Below, one piece after another: positions 8,295-17,754 of a stretch of 20,432 bases of DNA (position 1 is its first letter; each line of letters opens with the position of its first letter). Both the position numbers and the translations under genes were made by a program. The notes beneath the pieces are model-generated. The model did not search any database. It was not told the DNA's origin and was given only the letters and a program-made list of their open reading frames with translations. The DNA comes from Myxococcota bacterium (GTDB lineage Bacteria > Myxococcota > SpSt-1050): contig JBMFOP010000058.1 of the NCBI GenBank assembly GCA_049969675.1, positions 1 through 20,432 on the forward strand, given 5' to 3'.

Positions 8295-8417
8295 ATCATT
8301 GCTGCCCAGAGTAATCTGATTTGAAAAGTTAACTATTTATAAAATAAGGATTTTGGACGGGTAAATCCATATTTTCAAAATCAGAATATGGACTATAATT
8401 CACTTTGGACAGATGTC
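8293..8417 (+). repeat. Dispersed intergenic element copy A (MITE/REP-like, imperfect terminal inverted repeats)
   Basis: 8293-8353 matches 19187-19247 at 54 of 61 positions without gaps. TGGACAGATGT (8406-8416) is shared with 19353-19363. Internal hairpin TCCATATT/AATATGGA at 8366-8373/8385-8392. Confidence 0.8.
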
Positions 8418-8452
8418 TACAGCAACAAACAAATGGGAGAAGGGATAGAAAG

Positions 8453-9586
8453 TTAAATAAAAACGCCGGGTATCTTCTCTTTGCAATATGGACATTTCCC
8501 ATCCTTAATATTGTTCTCTTTGATATAAAATCCGAGTCTCTTTATCAGTAATTTACTGCAATTATGACAATAGGTGTTTTCACCTTCATTTCCGGGCAGA
8601 TTACCAGTATAGACATACTTCAGTCCTTCAGCCATAGCAATCTCCCGCGCCCTTATCAGAGTGGATGCAGGGGTAGGCGGTAGATTCTTAAGTTTGTATG
8701 TAGGATAAAAACGGGTAAAATGTAGAGGGACAAAGACCCCTAAATTCTCCTTTATCCATTTTGCCATCTCCCTTATCTCCTGTTCAGAGTCATTGAGTGT
8801 AGGAATTGTAAGATGCACAATCTCCAGATGCACACCAGCCTTTCTTATCAGCTCCATTGATTTCAGAACTGGCTTCAATTCTCCTTTACAGATATTCTGG
8901 TAAAAATTATCACTAAATGCCTTAAAATCCACCTTTATTGCCCCAACTATCTTTGTAAGTTCAGATAACGGTTTCTCATTGATAAAGGCGTTGGTAATCA
9001 CCACACTCTTTACTCCGAGCCTGTTCCCCTCAATTGCGGTATCTCTCATATATTCATAGAATACCACCGGCTCCGAATAGGTATAAGCAATTGTCCTGCA
9101 ACCCTTCACATGAGCCATCCTCGCAATCTCAGACGGAGTAGCCTTTACATAGGGGACCTGCTCCGGCCTATATTGAGATATCTCCCAGTTCTGACAGAAC
9201 TTGCAGGCGATATTACAGCCCGCCGTGGCTATTGACAGTGCCTTCTCTCCGGGGAGATAATGAAAGAGCGGCTTCTTCTCAATTGGGTCAATATTGATTG
9301 AACAGGGACGGGAGTGAACTATAAGGTAGTACTTACCTCCTCTATTCTCCCTTATTCCACAGAATCCCCTCTCATTCGGCTTGACCTCGCACCCCTGTGG
9401 ACAGATTCCACACCTAACAATGTCATTTTTCAGTCTGGTATAATAGGATGCCTCGTATAGATTAGGTTCAAAGTCAGCCGCAAAGAGTTTGTTTACCAGC
9501 AAGTCTTTTATCAATCTGGAGCAGAGTATACCACCTGTTAAAAATGCCGAATACCTTAAAAATTTTCTTCTATTTATGCCGTTCAT
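8453..9586 (-). CDS. amrS: AmmeMemoRadiSam system radical SAM enzyme with twin-arginine-like N-terminus
   Basis: CGICPQGC...GFCGIREN, IDPIEKKPLFHYLPG, radical SAM motif CNIACKFCQNWEISQ, AYTYSEP, PLHFTRFYP and C-terminal CHNC...CPYC. N-terminus INRRKFLR followed by a hydrophobic stretch. Confidence 0.92.
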   Translation of the reverse strand: MNGINRRKFLRYSAFLTGGILCSRLIKDLLVNKLFAADFEPNLYEASYYTRLKNDIVRCGICPQGCEVKPNERGFCGIRENRGGKYYLIVHSRPCSINIDPIEKKPLFHYLPGEKALSIATAGCNIACKFCQNWEISQYRPEQVPYVKATPSEIARMAHVKGCRTIAYTYSEPVVFYEYMRDTAIEGNRLGVKSVVITNAFINEKPLSELTKIVGAIKVDFKAFSDNFYQNICKGELKPVLKSMELIRKAGVHLEIVHLTIPTLNDSEQEIREMAKWIKENLGVFVPLHFTRFYPTYKLKNLPPTPASTLIRAREIAMAEGLKYVYTGNLPGNEGENTYCHNCSKLLIKRLGFYIKENNIKDGKCPYCKEKIPGVFI

Positions 9587-9605
9587 ATGATATCCTCACT
9601 CAGTA

Positions 9606-11207
9606 GTGAAGCCCTTATTACGATATATATTTTATCTCTTCTTACTATTTATTGCAAGCACTACTATATGTCTGTCTCAACATATAGTAATAGTTGAGAC
9701 CTCGGATTTTCACGGCTCCCTTGAGGCAAGAGCGGCAAAGGAATTAAATAATCAGCTCGCAGGCGGTGCAGAACTAATCTCAGCGCACATTAAATATCTG
9801 AGGGAGAATTACCCCGACAATCTAATACTGCTGGATGGTGGAGATATGTTTCAGGGCTCTATTGTCTCAAATCTATCAAAAGGGAAGGCGGTAATAGATT
9901 TTTACAACTATCTGGGATATGATGCAGCGACCATCGGGAATCACGAGTGGGATTTTGGATATGATGAGATTACAAAAGACCCTCAGGGGACATTAAAGAG
10001 AAGGATTCTCGGGGCAAACTTCCCATTTGTAGCAGCAAATATCTACTATTCTGAGAGTGGAAAGCCATTCTCTCTTACAAATCTCAAACCTTATATTATT
10101 GTGGAGAAGAAGGGCATAAAAATCGGCATCATTGGAGTAACAACTACCTCAACTCCTATTACAACACACCCCAATAACATTAAAGGTCTGTATTTTTCTG
10201 ATCCAATAAATGAGATTAAGGCCCTTCTACCAGAAATAAAAGATAGAGGTGTATCAACAATAATAGTTCTGTCTCACACTGGCGGAAAATGTAATGAAAA
10301 GGGAGAATGTTCTGGAGAGATTTTTGATATTGCCAGAACAATGAGCAGTAACGATATTTCTGTTATCTTTGGAGGGCATACACATAATCCGCTTACAGCA
10401 ACTGTCAATGGAATCAGGATTGTTCAGCCCGGTGCATACGGAAAATCATACGGAAGGGCTGATTTATATTTTGATGAGGCAAACGGGAGGCTTATATATG
10501 AGAAGACAAAGACGGTATCTCCCATCTACTTTGCTGAGACCACAACTACCAATAACGAATTAGTAAGGCTCAAACCGGACAGGGAGTCAATGAAATTACT
10601 TGCCCCTTATTTTGTTTCTGTAGAGAGGTTAAAAAAAGATATTATATGCAATGCCGCCGAAGACATTGATATCACATCCAACAATACCCTTCCGCTCGGG
10701 CAGCTAATTACAGAGGCAATGCTAACATTTGCTGATGTAAAAGGAGATATCGCCATCTATAATACAGGTGGAATACGTTCTGGAATCAAGAAGGGCGCTG
10801 TTACATATGGAAAGATATACGAGGTAATTCCATTTGATAATACAATAGTCTCAATGAGATTAACTGGTTCGCAGTTAAAAGATATATTTGAGATGAGCGC
10901 CTCCTCCGGGGAGATAGATGACCTTCTCGGATTGAGCGGACTAACAGTATATGTAGATTATTCAAAAGAGGTCGGGAGTAGAATTACAAAGATCCTTCGG
11001 AATGGAAAGCCAATCAAAGATGATGATAAATTTACAGTCTTAACCAACGACTTTCTATATGCCGGGGGAGATGGTTTCACAACATTTAAGAAAGGGGAGA
11101 ATCCATTTATATCCCAAACACTTATCAGAGACCTATTTGAAAATTATCTGAGAAAGAATAAGACTATCTTTGCTCCGAAGAAATCAAACTATATAATAAA
11201 AAAATAA
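9606..11207 (+). CDS. Secreted 5'-nucleotidase / UDP-sugar hydrolase family metallophosphoesterase
   Basis: Signal peptide; SDFHG, LDGGDMFQG, IGNHEWDFG, LSHTG and GGHTH metallophosphoesterase motifs; C-terminal domain motifs NTGGIR, PFDNT and NDFLYAGGDGF. Confidence 0.92.
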   Translation: MKPLLRYIFYLFLLFIASTTICLSQHIVIVETSDFHGSLEARAAKELNNQLAGGAELISAHIKYLRENYPDNLILLDGGDMFQGSIVSNLSKGKAVIDFYNYLGYDAATIGNHEWDFGYDEITKDPQGTLKRRILGANFPFVAANIYYSESGKPFSLTNLKPYIIVEKKGIKIGIIGVTTTSTPITTHPNNIKGLYFSDPINEIKALLPEIKDRGVSTIIVLSHTGGKCNEKGECSGEIFDIARTMSSNDISVIFGGHTHNPLTATVNGIRIVQPGAYGKSYGRADLYFDEANGRLIYEKTKTVSPIYFAETTTTNNELVRLKPDRESMKLLAPYFVSVERLKKDIICNAAEDIDITSNNTLPLGQLITEAMLTFADVKGDIAIYNTGGIRSGIKKGAVTYGKIYEVIPFDNTIVSMRLTGSQLKDIFEMSASSGEIDDLLGLSGLTVYVDYSKEVGSRITKILRNGKPIKDDDKFTVLTNDFLYAGGDGFTTFKKGENPFISQTLIRDLFENYLRKNKTIFAPKKSNYIIKK

Positions 11208-11215
11208 TTGTCTAT

Positions 11216-11761
11216 CTATTTTGATAAATTGATGGCTGGAGGATGAATCTCCTCCTTCTTACTTTCACCACACCTGCTGCCAAAAAGGAGATATATCAAA
11301 GCCAATATTATAATTAAGCCACCTACAATTAACCAGAGATTATTTATCCCCTCAGACCCTTCTGATTTTATAGCAGATGTCATTTTATTACTCTGTCTTA
11401 CCTGCGAGGGTATTGAGACCTTCTGCAAATTATTATCTGTAATGTCCGGTTTTGATTCCCTCTCCTGATTAAGGATATCTTTCTCAACAACCCTCCCCGA
11501 AGAGATATTGAAGACCTGAACCTTCTGACCCCTGAATTCTATACCACGAGGAGGTTCTACATCTTCTGTCTTCTTTGCCGTCTCAACATTTATATTGGGT
11601 TTTAGATTGCTTGAGAGGTTAAGGGAATCAGTCTCTAACTCATCCTCCATAGGTATATCTGCCTCTACACCTATCTCCCCTTTTTCCTCTTCTTTAGACC
11701 TTTCAGTCTTTTTGAGGAGCTCTATTGATGAGAGATTCTTCTTCTCTTCTTTATCAGCCAT
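11216..11761 (-). CDS. Hypothetical protein with charged N-terminal region and one C-terminal TM helix
   Basis: Open frame immediately downstream of the lipoprotein gene; TM segment LWLIVGGLIIILALIYLLF; start ATG 11761 or GTG 11764. Confidence 0.7.
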   Translation of the reverse strand: MADKEEKKNLSSIELLKKTERSKEEEKGEIGVEADIPMEDELETDSLNLSSNLKPNINVETAKKTEDVEPPRGIEFRGQKVQVFNISSGRVVEKDILNQERESKPDITDNNLQKVSIPSQVRQSNKMTSAIKSEGSEGINNLWLIVGGLIIILALIYLLFGSRCGESKKEEIHPPAINLSK

Positions 11762-11767
11762 CACTCA

Positions 11768-12526
11768 CTATTTACACGAACAGAGTAAATATCCATCCTG
11801 ACCTATGATACAGGTACTACCTCCAAGTGTACAATTTGAATCCATCATACACTCTTGAGGAGTCTTTCCACCCAGATAGTTGAGACAACCGTAGCAGATT
11901 CTGATATAGTAGTTGAACTTATTTGTCTTAACGGCAACCCCACCCAGAGTCTCTCCTTCAAAGTAAAACTCAGCCATCAGGTCAAGATAAGTTGTGGGGT
12001 CAGTAGGATATTCAGCGAGTGAGTCCTCCATCTGGATAAATTTCTCTTTTGGAACGAGAGAGAATAATACAATAGCCTTACCCGGCGTCTTATCATCTCC
12101 TGCAGATGGTATTACAGTTTCCGGAATTTCCATCTTGTAGACACTTGAATATTTTGGTGCGGTGAGTGTGGTATTTGCACTTGTTACAACACCTCTCAAA
12201 TTTACAGTGACCCTCTTTAAGACAACGATATTTGAATCAGTTCGCATCGGCAATTCTTCCATAGAGCCCGGTTTCTTGGTAACATCTTTGGTATTGAGCA
12301 ATCTGTTCTCAATCTGCACACCCGCCACATATCCCAGATCTTGATATGCTGTTATCATAGTCGCATCAACTGTTCCCCACGCACGAAAGACCTCTCCCGG
12401 CTTATAAGTACAATCCTCCTCCGGCGGTCTTATCCCTGCAATCGTTACGAAGTAATCCTCCGGGCCACAGGTTGTCATTATCAGGAACGATGCCACAAAG
12501 ACCAAGATATAAATATGTTTTCTCAT
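11768..12526 (-). CDS. Lipoprotein encoded directly downstream of pilQ, with Cys-rich C-terminus
   Basis: Signal peptide ending IMTTC; AGGAGG RBS; C-terminal ICYGCL...C...C...CIIGQDG...CSC. Confidence 0.8.
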   Translation of the reverse strand: MRKHIYILVFVASFLIMTTCGPEDYFVTIAGIRPPEEDCTYKPGEVFRAWGTVDATMITAYQDLGYVAGVQIENRLLNTKDVTKKPGSMEELPMRTDSNIVVLKRVTVNLRGVVTSANTTLTAPKYSSVYKMEIPETVIPSAGDDKTPGKAIVLFSLVPKEKFIQMEDSLAEYPTDPTTYLDLMAEFYFEGETLGGVAVKTNKFNYYIRICYGCLNYLGGKTPQECMMDSNCTLGGSTCIIGQDGYLLCSCK

Positions 12527-12547
12527 ATATAAATCCTCCTAAAAAAT

Positions 12548-14947
12548 TTAACCTTTCTGTTGCATAATGGCTTCTGCCCTGTTGACAATTCGTGGAGTAA
12601 TGAAGATCAAAAGTTCAGTTCTCTCATCTGAATTCTTCTTTTTCTTAAAGAGCCAGCCAAGTACAGGGATATTTGACAGAAGAGGAACTTTTGCATACTC
12701 TTCAGCCTGTCTCCTTGTATAAATACCACCTATCACTGTTGTATCACCATCTCTGACCAGCACCTGAGTAAATGCCTCTTTCTTTAAGATGGTTGGGTCA
12801 CCCTGAGCACCTGTGCGTGAAAAGTCTGGTTCATTCTTTGTAGTAACAATCTTCAGCATTATAGAACCATCCTGAGTAACATGCGGAGTTACTGCAAGTT
12901 CAAGTTTTGCATCAACAAAGACTGTCATAACACCGGCAGCAGAGACCTGAGATATAGGAATAGATACCCCGGATGAGATCTTTGCCTCTTTGTTATCAAG
13001 CGTGGTGACACGAGGTGCACTGAGAATCTTTACATGACCTGTATTTTCAAGGGCTGAGAGCCTGAGATTCAGGTTTGCTGAGCCGCTCGCATTCCCTAAA
13101 ATAAATCCTATTGCACCACCGGCACCGGCACCGACAGGGGCTGGCATATTGACAGCAAATCCAGCTGGATTCTGGACACCGTTCAACTGGTTCATTGTTC
13201 TGGCATCATCTGCGCCGCCGTTTATCCCAACCACATTCGGGAAGGCAAGCCCTGTTGGGTTCCCATATTGTGGTGCAAATACCATATTACCTCCCCACTG
13301 AATACCGATATCTCTCACAAATGAGGTATTTGCCTCAACAATCCTCGCCTCAATTAAGACCTGTGGGGTCTGGGTGTCAAGACTCCTGATTAGACCCTCT
13401 GCCTTAATAATGTTTTCAAGCTTATCCTTTATAATAATAACATTTGTCCTCTCATCAATATTTATTGTCCCTCTATCTGATAATACATCCTTTACCTGAG
13501 ATACTATATCCTTTGCATATCCATAATTTACCGGGATCAGTCTTACCTTAAGCGGCTCAAGTGCATCAAGAGCCTTCTTCTTTGCCATCTCTGCCTCAGC
13601 CTCTTTCTGGAAGACCTCAAGAGGAGCCACTCTAATGATATTTCCAGTCTTCTTCATCCCGAGCCCTTTTGTCTTCAATATAATCTCCAATGCCTGATCC
13701 CACGGGACATTTCTGAGGGTCACAGTTACATTGCCCTTCACATCATCGCTTGTAATGATATTTATCTTTGCCACATCTGAGATGAGCCTCAAGATGTTGT
13801 GGATATTCGCATCCTTGAAATCCATACTGATTCTCTTCCCTTTATAGACCTTTCTGGACTCTGAATCATCTGACTTATCCAGAGCATCACCCTTCTCATC
13901 TCCCGCGACCATCTCCTCAGAGAATTTTATCTGCTGGGGTTGTTCATTTTTATAATAAAAATCCCAGTTGATATTCTTTGCCTCTTTCAGGAGATGATGT
14001 GGAACCTTCTCTTTCATAAAGACAGAGAGTGTGCAGGATTCGGAGCCCTTATTCTCTTTAATAAACTGAATGGATGATATTGGACCGTACTTCTCAACTT
14101 TATTTATCTGAGACGGGACATCACCGCCAATCTTACATCTATTAAATCTGAGGCGAATCTCATTATCTGTCTCCTTAACAACTGTGTGCTCAATATTTTC
14201 ATCGTCAAAAGATATCTGGATTCTTGAATAGCCATTGTACTGTTTTATACTTATATTTGAAAGCTCAATCAACTTCCTCTCTACCCTCTTCTCCTCTAAC
14301 TCAGTCACCTGCTCTGGCTTCTTCTCCTCCTTCTTCTCAATATTCTTAATCGCAGGAGATTCAATAGATTTAACATCGGTATTCTCTTTCGCCTCTTCCC
14401 TCTTCACCGCCTCGGTCTTAATCTCCTCCTTCTTTATATCTGACTCCTTCTCAGTTGGGGCTGGTTGATTAACCGCTGGCTTTTTAGCCAACTTATTCTC
14501 TACCTTCTCAATCCAGATATCCGGTTCCACCTTTTGCTTCAGAGAAATTGCTATACCGCCATTTTCAAATGTGGAAGAGAAGTCTGTGTAGTTATTCTCT
14601 TTTGTGAGGTCAAATACCAGCCTCAAGAAGCCGTTATGCCTGCCAATTCTCATCCTCTCTACCGGCATCCTGCTAAACTTCTTCTCTTTGAGCCCTCTCT
14701 CAGGTCTTACCCGCTGCAGGTCTATCACAATCCTCGGAGGATTGTTTACCATAGTTACATAATAAGGTACTATTGCACCAGTCCTGATAAATATCCTGAG
14801 AGAGGCATTGTCCTTCTTGAGTAATATATCTTTTAAGACTATCTCAGGTGAGACCTCATCAGGCGGACTGGATTCGGCATAGACCAGCATACATCCGAGG
14901 ACGACAAGGATAAAAACTAATAATTTAATAAAACTTCTTTTATACAT
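12548..14947 (-). CDS. pilQ: Type IV pilus secretin PilQ with AMIN-like N-terminal domains
   Basis: NPPRIVIDL and LRLVFDL (AMIN); ISMDFKDANIHNILRLI, VTLRNVPWDQAL, IDERTNVII, PQVLIEARIVEA, LSAPRVTTLDN and VPLLSNIPVLGWLFK secretin motifs; operon position after pilP. Confidence 0.97.
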   Translation of the reverse strand: MYKRSFIKLLVFILVVLGCMLVYAESSPPDEVSPEIVLKDILLKKDNASLRIFIRTGAIVPYYVTMVNNPPRIVIDLQRVRPERGLKEKKFSRMPVERMRIGRHNGFLRLVFDLTKENNYTDFSSTFENGGIAISLKQKVEPDIWIEKVENKLAKKPAVNQPAPTEKESDIKKEEIKTEAVKREEAKENTDVKSIESPAIKNIEKKEEKKPEQVTELEEKRVERKLIELSNISIKQYNGYSRIQISFDDENIEHTVVKETDNEIRLRFNRCKIGGDVPSQINKVEKYGPISSIQFIKENKGSESCTLSVFMKEKVPHHLLKEAKNINWDFYYKNEQPQQIKFSEEMVAGDEKGDALDKSDDSESRKVYKGKRISMDFKDANIHNILRLISDVAKINIITSDDVKGNVTVTLRNVPWDQALEIILKTKGLGMKKTGNIIRVAPLEVFQKEAEAEMAKKKALDALEPLKVRLIPVNYGYAKDIVSQVKDVLSDRGTINIDERTNVIIIKDKLENIIKAEGLIRSLDTQTPQVLIEARIVEANTSFVRDIGIQWGGNMVFAPQYGNPTGLAFPNVVGINGGADDARTMNQLNGVQNPAGFAVNMPAPVGAGAGGAIGFILGNASGSANLNLRLSALENTGHVKILSAPRVTTLDNKEAKISSGVSIPISQVSAAGVMTVFVDAKLELAVTPHVTQDGSIMLKIVTTKNEPDFSRTGAQGDPTILKKEAFTQVLVRDGDTTVIGGIYTRRQAEEYAKVPLLSNIPVLGWLFKKKKNSDERTELLIFITPRIVNRAEAIMQQKG

Positions 14948-14961
14948 AACATAGTCTCCTT

Positions 14962-15477
14962 CTATTGGTTAATCTTCTCTTCAGGTATTCTCAAAATTAC
15001 TTTAGATACTATCCTCTTCCCTTCACTATCAATGTACTCCTCCTCCACAATGACCTCATCTCTCTTTATCCTCGCCACCCTTCCACCATTCTTTCCTATT
15101 GGAGTTCCGACTACAATAGTATGTCCCTTCCCTGTTGGGTCCTCCACCATAGCCATTGGCTGTTCAATTCCACTGATGATAGAAGTAAGTCTCAACTGCT
15201 CAAGGTCAAATGTCTCAAGCTCGGTTAATGGGGCCCCTTTCTCCTCTTTCTTTACCGCCTTAATATCCAGAAAGTATGGCCTGAAAGGGTCTCTCTTTCC
15301 AACCGGTGTATATACATAATTCTCCTCTTCCACCTGAGCATCCAGGGTTCCGGCGTCAACCTCTGCTGTCTGAACCTGCTGCTGTGGAACCACCGGCCCA
15401 CCACCACCACCTTTTCCGGAGCATCCAGCCATCATCCCTATCAGTAAGACCATACTAATTAAAGATATTCTTCTCAT
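14962..15477 (-). CDS. pilP: Type IV pilus assembly lipoprotein PilP
   Basis: Lipobox MAGC; YTPVGKRDPF, LETFDLEQLRL, AMVEDPTGKG and IGKNGGRV motifs; operon position. Confidence 0.95.
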   Translation of the reverse strand: MRRISLISMVLLIGMMAGCSGKGGGGGPVVPQQQVQTAEVDAGTLDAQVEEENYVYTPVGKRDPFRPYFLDIKAVKKEEKGAPLTELETFDLEQLRLTSIISGIEQPMAMVEDPTGKGHTIVVGTPIGKNGGRVARIKRDEVIVEEEYIDSEGKRIVSKVILRIPEEKINQ

Positions 15478-15488
15478 TATATAAACCT

Positions 15489-16130
15489 CTACTTTGTTAT
15501 GACAGGCACAGCACCGGGCTGCTGGCCCTGCTGTGGCTGCTGATTCTCAATAAACCTGAATGTCGTAGCCAGAAATTCGGCTTTTAATATCATCTTTTGA
15601 TTCTTAAAGGTTGGGTCCTTAAATGTAATATCTGAAATATTAATTATTCTTGGTAGTTTGGAGACCTTGTCAAAAAAGACCACAATTTCGTGGAAGGAAC
15701 CGGAGACCTCAATCTTTATAGGGACCCTTGCATAAAATCCAGCCGGACTCTCCATCCCGAGTTCAAAGACCTCCATCTTGAGTCCGGACTTCTCAAGGAC
15801 ATCTGACAATCTTGATAGGAGTTCTGGAATCTCCGCCGAATTCGGGAGCAATGTCAGGGCATCTTTTAAGTCCTGATTTAATTTCTCTACCTCTCTTCTA
15901 AATGACGCCAGATTGTTGGCAATACCCTGCTTCTCCGCATAAGTCGCCTCAAGTGATTTTATCTGATTTTTGAGTTTGTTGATATCTTTCATAACAGGAT
16001 TGATCGCCAGAAAATAGAAGAGGATAGCCACGCCGACCACAATACCTGATACGATCAGAATCTTCTTCTGCCAGGGGGTATTAATGACCAGTTCAAGAAT
16101 CTTCTCTTTGTCAAAATTCTTAAATTGCAT
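15489..16130 (-). CDS. pilO: Type IV pilus assembly protein PilO
   Basis: N-terminal TM helix, coiled coil, LPNSAEIPELL, FYARVPIKIEVSGSFHEI and LPRIINI motifs; operon position. Confidence 0.95.
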   Translation of the reverse strand: MQFKNFDKEKILELVINTPWQKKILIVSGIVVGVAILFYFLAINPVMKDINKLKNQIKSLEATYAEKQGIANNLASFRREVEKLNQDLKDALTLLPNSAEIPELLSRLSDVLEKSGLKMEVFELGMESPAGFYARVPIKIEVSGSFHEIVVFFDKVSKLPRIINISDITFKDPTFKNQKMILKAEFLATTFRFIENQQPQQGQQPGAVPVITK

Positions 16131-16665
16131 AGTTCACCACACATTCTATCTCAAATTGTTTAATCTGATTCCCTTCCCTCTCCGCCGCCTTTGTAAATTT
16201 TAGACGAACCTGTGAAAAGTATTTTGACCTCTCAAGGTCAGATAAAAATGCCGCTATATCCTCATCGCTTGAGGCCTCACCAGAAATAATAGTGCTTCTA
16301 CCCTTCTCCTCAAATTTCATCAACCAGAGTTTTTTGGGTGTCTTCTGAGCGATCTCATCCAGAACCTTAATTGGTCCACTTCTACCCCTCTTAAGTTCAT
16401 CTATCACCTTCAATTTTGCCTCAAGGGTAGCCTTTGTCTCTTTATACTGATTGACCTCTCCAATTATCTGGTCCAGCTTCTGGATCTCAGCATTATAATA
16501 TGCCACCTTCTGTACCAACGACTTCTTCGCAGCGGATACTGAGCCAAAAAATATTATAAGTATAACAATCTCAACCGCTATTATGAGTCCGAAGAGAATG
16601 AGCTGTTGCTGACCGGTCTGCTTCTTCTTCTCAGCCTTAACCTGTAATAAATTTATTCTAATCAT
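16120..16665 (-). CDS. pilN: Type IV pilus assembly protein PilN
   Basis: MIRINLL PilM-binding motif, TM helix, coiled coil, LDEIA..PKKLWL and LERSKYFSQV. Confidence 0.95.
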   Translation of the reverse strand: MIRINLLQVKAEKKKQTGQQQLILFGLIIAVEIVILIIFFGSVSAAKKSLVQKVAYYNAEIQKLDQIIGEVNQYKETKATLEAKLKVIDELKRGRSGPIKVLDEIAQKTPKKLWLMKFEEKGRSTIISGEASSDEDIAAFLSDLERSKYFSQVRLKFTKAAEREGNQIKQFEIECVVNYAI

Positions 16666-16676
16666 TCTCCGCTCCT

Positions 16677-17747
16677 TTATTTATCGTGCAGCCTTCTTAT
16701 TCCGAGCCCCACAGCAATTGATGCCAGAGGGGCGATATTCTGGATATACTCTGTATCAAATCTACGCTCATCAATCTCAATATTGCGGAAAGGATTTGCC
16801 AGTTCAACAGGGATATTCAGCCTCGCCTCAAGTATCCTAAGGATAGATGCAATCTTCGCCCCACCACCACACAGATAAACCCTGCCAATTGAGGAATCTG
16901 CGGTAGTTGCCGTATAAAAGTCAATAGACCGTTGTATCTCATTGGCAATCATATCGGAGACAGACTGAATAATCTTATCTACCTCCTGAGGAATGACAGA
17001 ATCACCATCTGCAACCGTCTGTCCACCCACCTTGAGCGCCTCAGCCTCATCAAATGATATGTTGAGACCTTTCATAATCTCTTCTGTTATCATATTCCCG
17101 CCTATTGTGAGGTCACGGGTAAAAAGAGAGATGCCATTGTTGACAATATTAAGATTGGTAGTGGCCGCCCCAATATTACAGAGTACAACCGTCTCACCCG
17201 GATTCATTTCATAATTAATTTCAAACATATTCTGCAATGCAAATACATCTACATCTATTACTGAAGGTGTTAGTCCCGCCTCAGCCGCAATTGCCACATA
17301 GTCCTGAACCATCTCCTTTTTTGCCGCAACCAGAAGGACATCCATCTGACCGGCGACAGTAGAATTTGGATTGAGTATGGTCACATCCATATTCACATCA
17401 TTGATATCAAACGGGATATACTGCTCTGCCTCCCAGTGAATCGCCTCTTCAAGTTGCTCCTGAGACATCGTTGGGAGTGTAATCTTTTTAATAATCACTG
17501 AATGTCCAGAGAGTCCCATTACTACATTCTTCTCCTTAATCTTTGTTGAACTCAGGAGCTCTTTTATTACCTCTACTACCGCCGCCGAATTCATTATTGC
17601 ATTATCTACAATCGTCTCCGGAGGTAGCGCTATCATCCCAAAATTTACAAGGGAGTAACCATGCTTCCCTTCTTTAAGCTGAATAACCTTTACAGAAGAG
17701 CTACCGATATCCAGACCTATTACATCTTTTGATCTTCCAAATAACAT
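16677..17747 (-). CDS. pilM: Type IV pilus assembly protein PilM (actin/FtsA-like)
   Basis: IGLDIGSSSVK, EAEQYIPFDI, VLLVAAKKE, IDVDVFAL, NIGAATT and LCGGGAK motifs; GAGGAG RBS. Confidence 0.97.
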   Translation of the reverse strand: MLFGRSKDVIGLDIGSSSVKVIQLKEGKHGYSLVNFGMIALPPETIVDNAIMNSAAVVEVIKELLSSTKIKEKNVVMGLSGHSVIIKKITLPTMSQEQLEEAIHWEAEQYIPFDINDVNMDVTILNPNSTVAGQMDVLLVAAKKEMVQDYVAIAAEAGLTPSVIDVDVFALQNMFEINYEMNPGETVVLCNIGAATTNLNIVNNGISLFTRDLTIGGNMITEEIMKGLNISFDEAEALKVGGQTVADGDSVIPQEVDKIIQSVSDMIANEIQRSIDFYTATTADSSIGRVYLCGGGAKIASILRILEARLNIPVELANPFRNIEIDERRFDTEYIQNIAPLASIAVGLGIRRLHDK

Positions 17748-17754
17748 TTTCTCC

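Noticed and set aside
14230..14480. Lys/Glu-rich repetitive segment in pilQ as a tandem repeat or insertion
   Set aside because: It is a low-complexity linker between AMIN-like domains with no discrete nucleotide repeat unit, which is common in PilQ.
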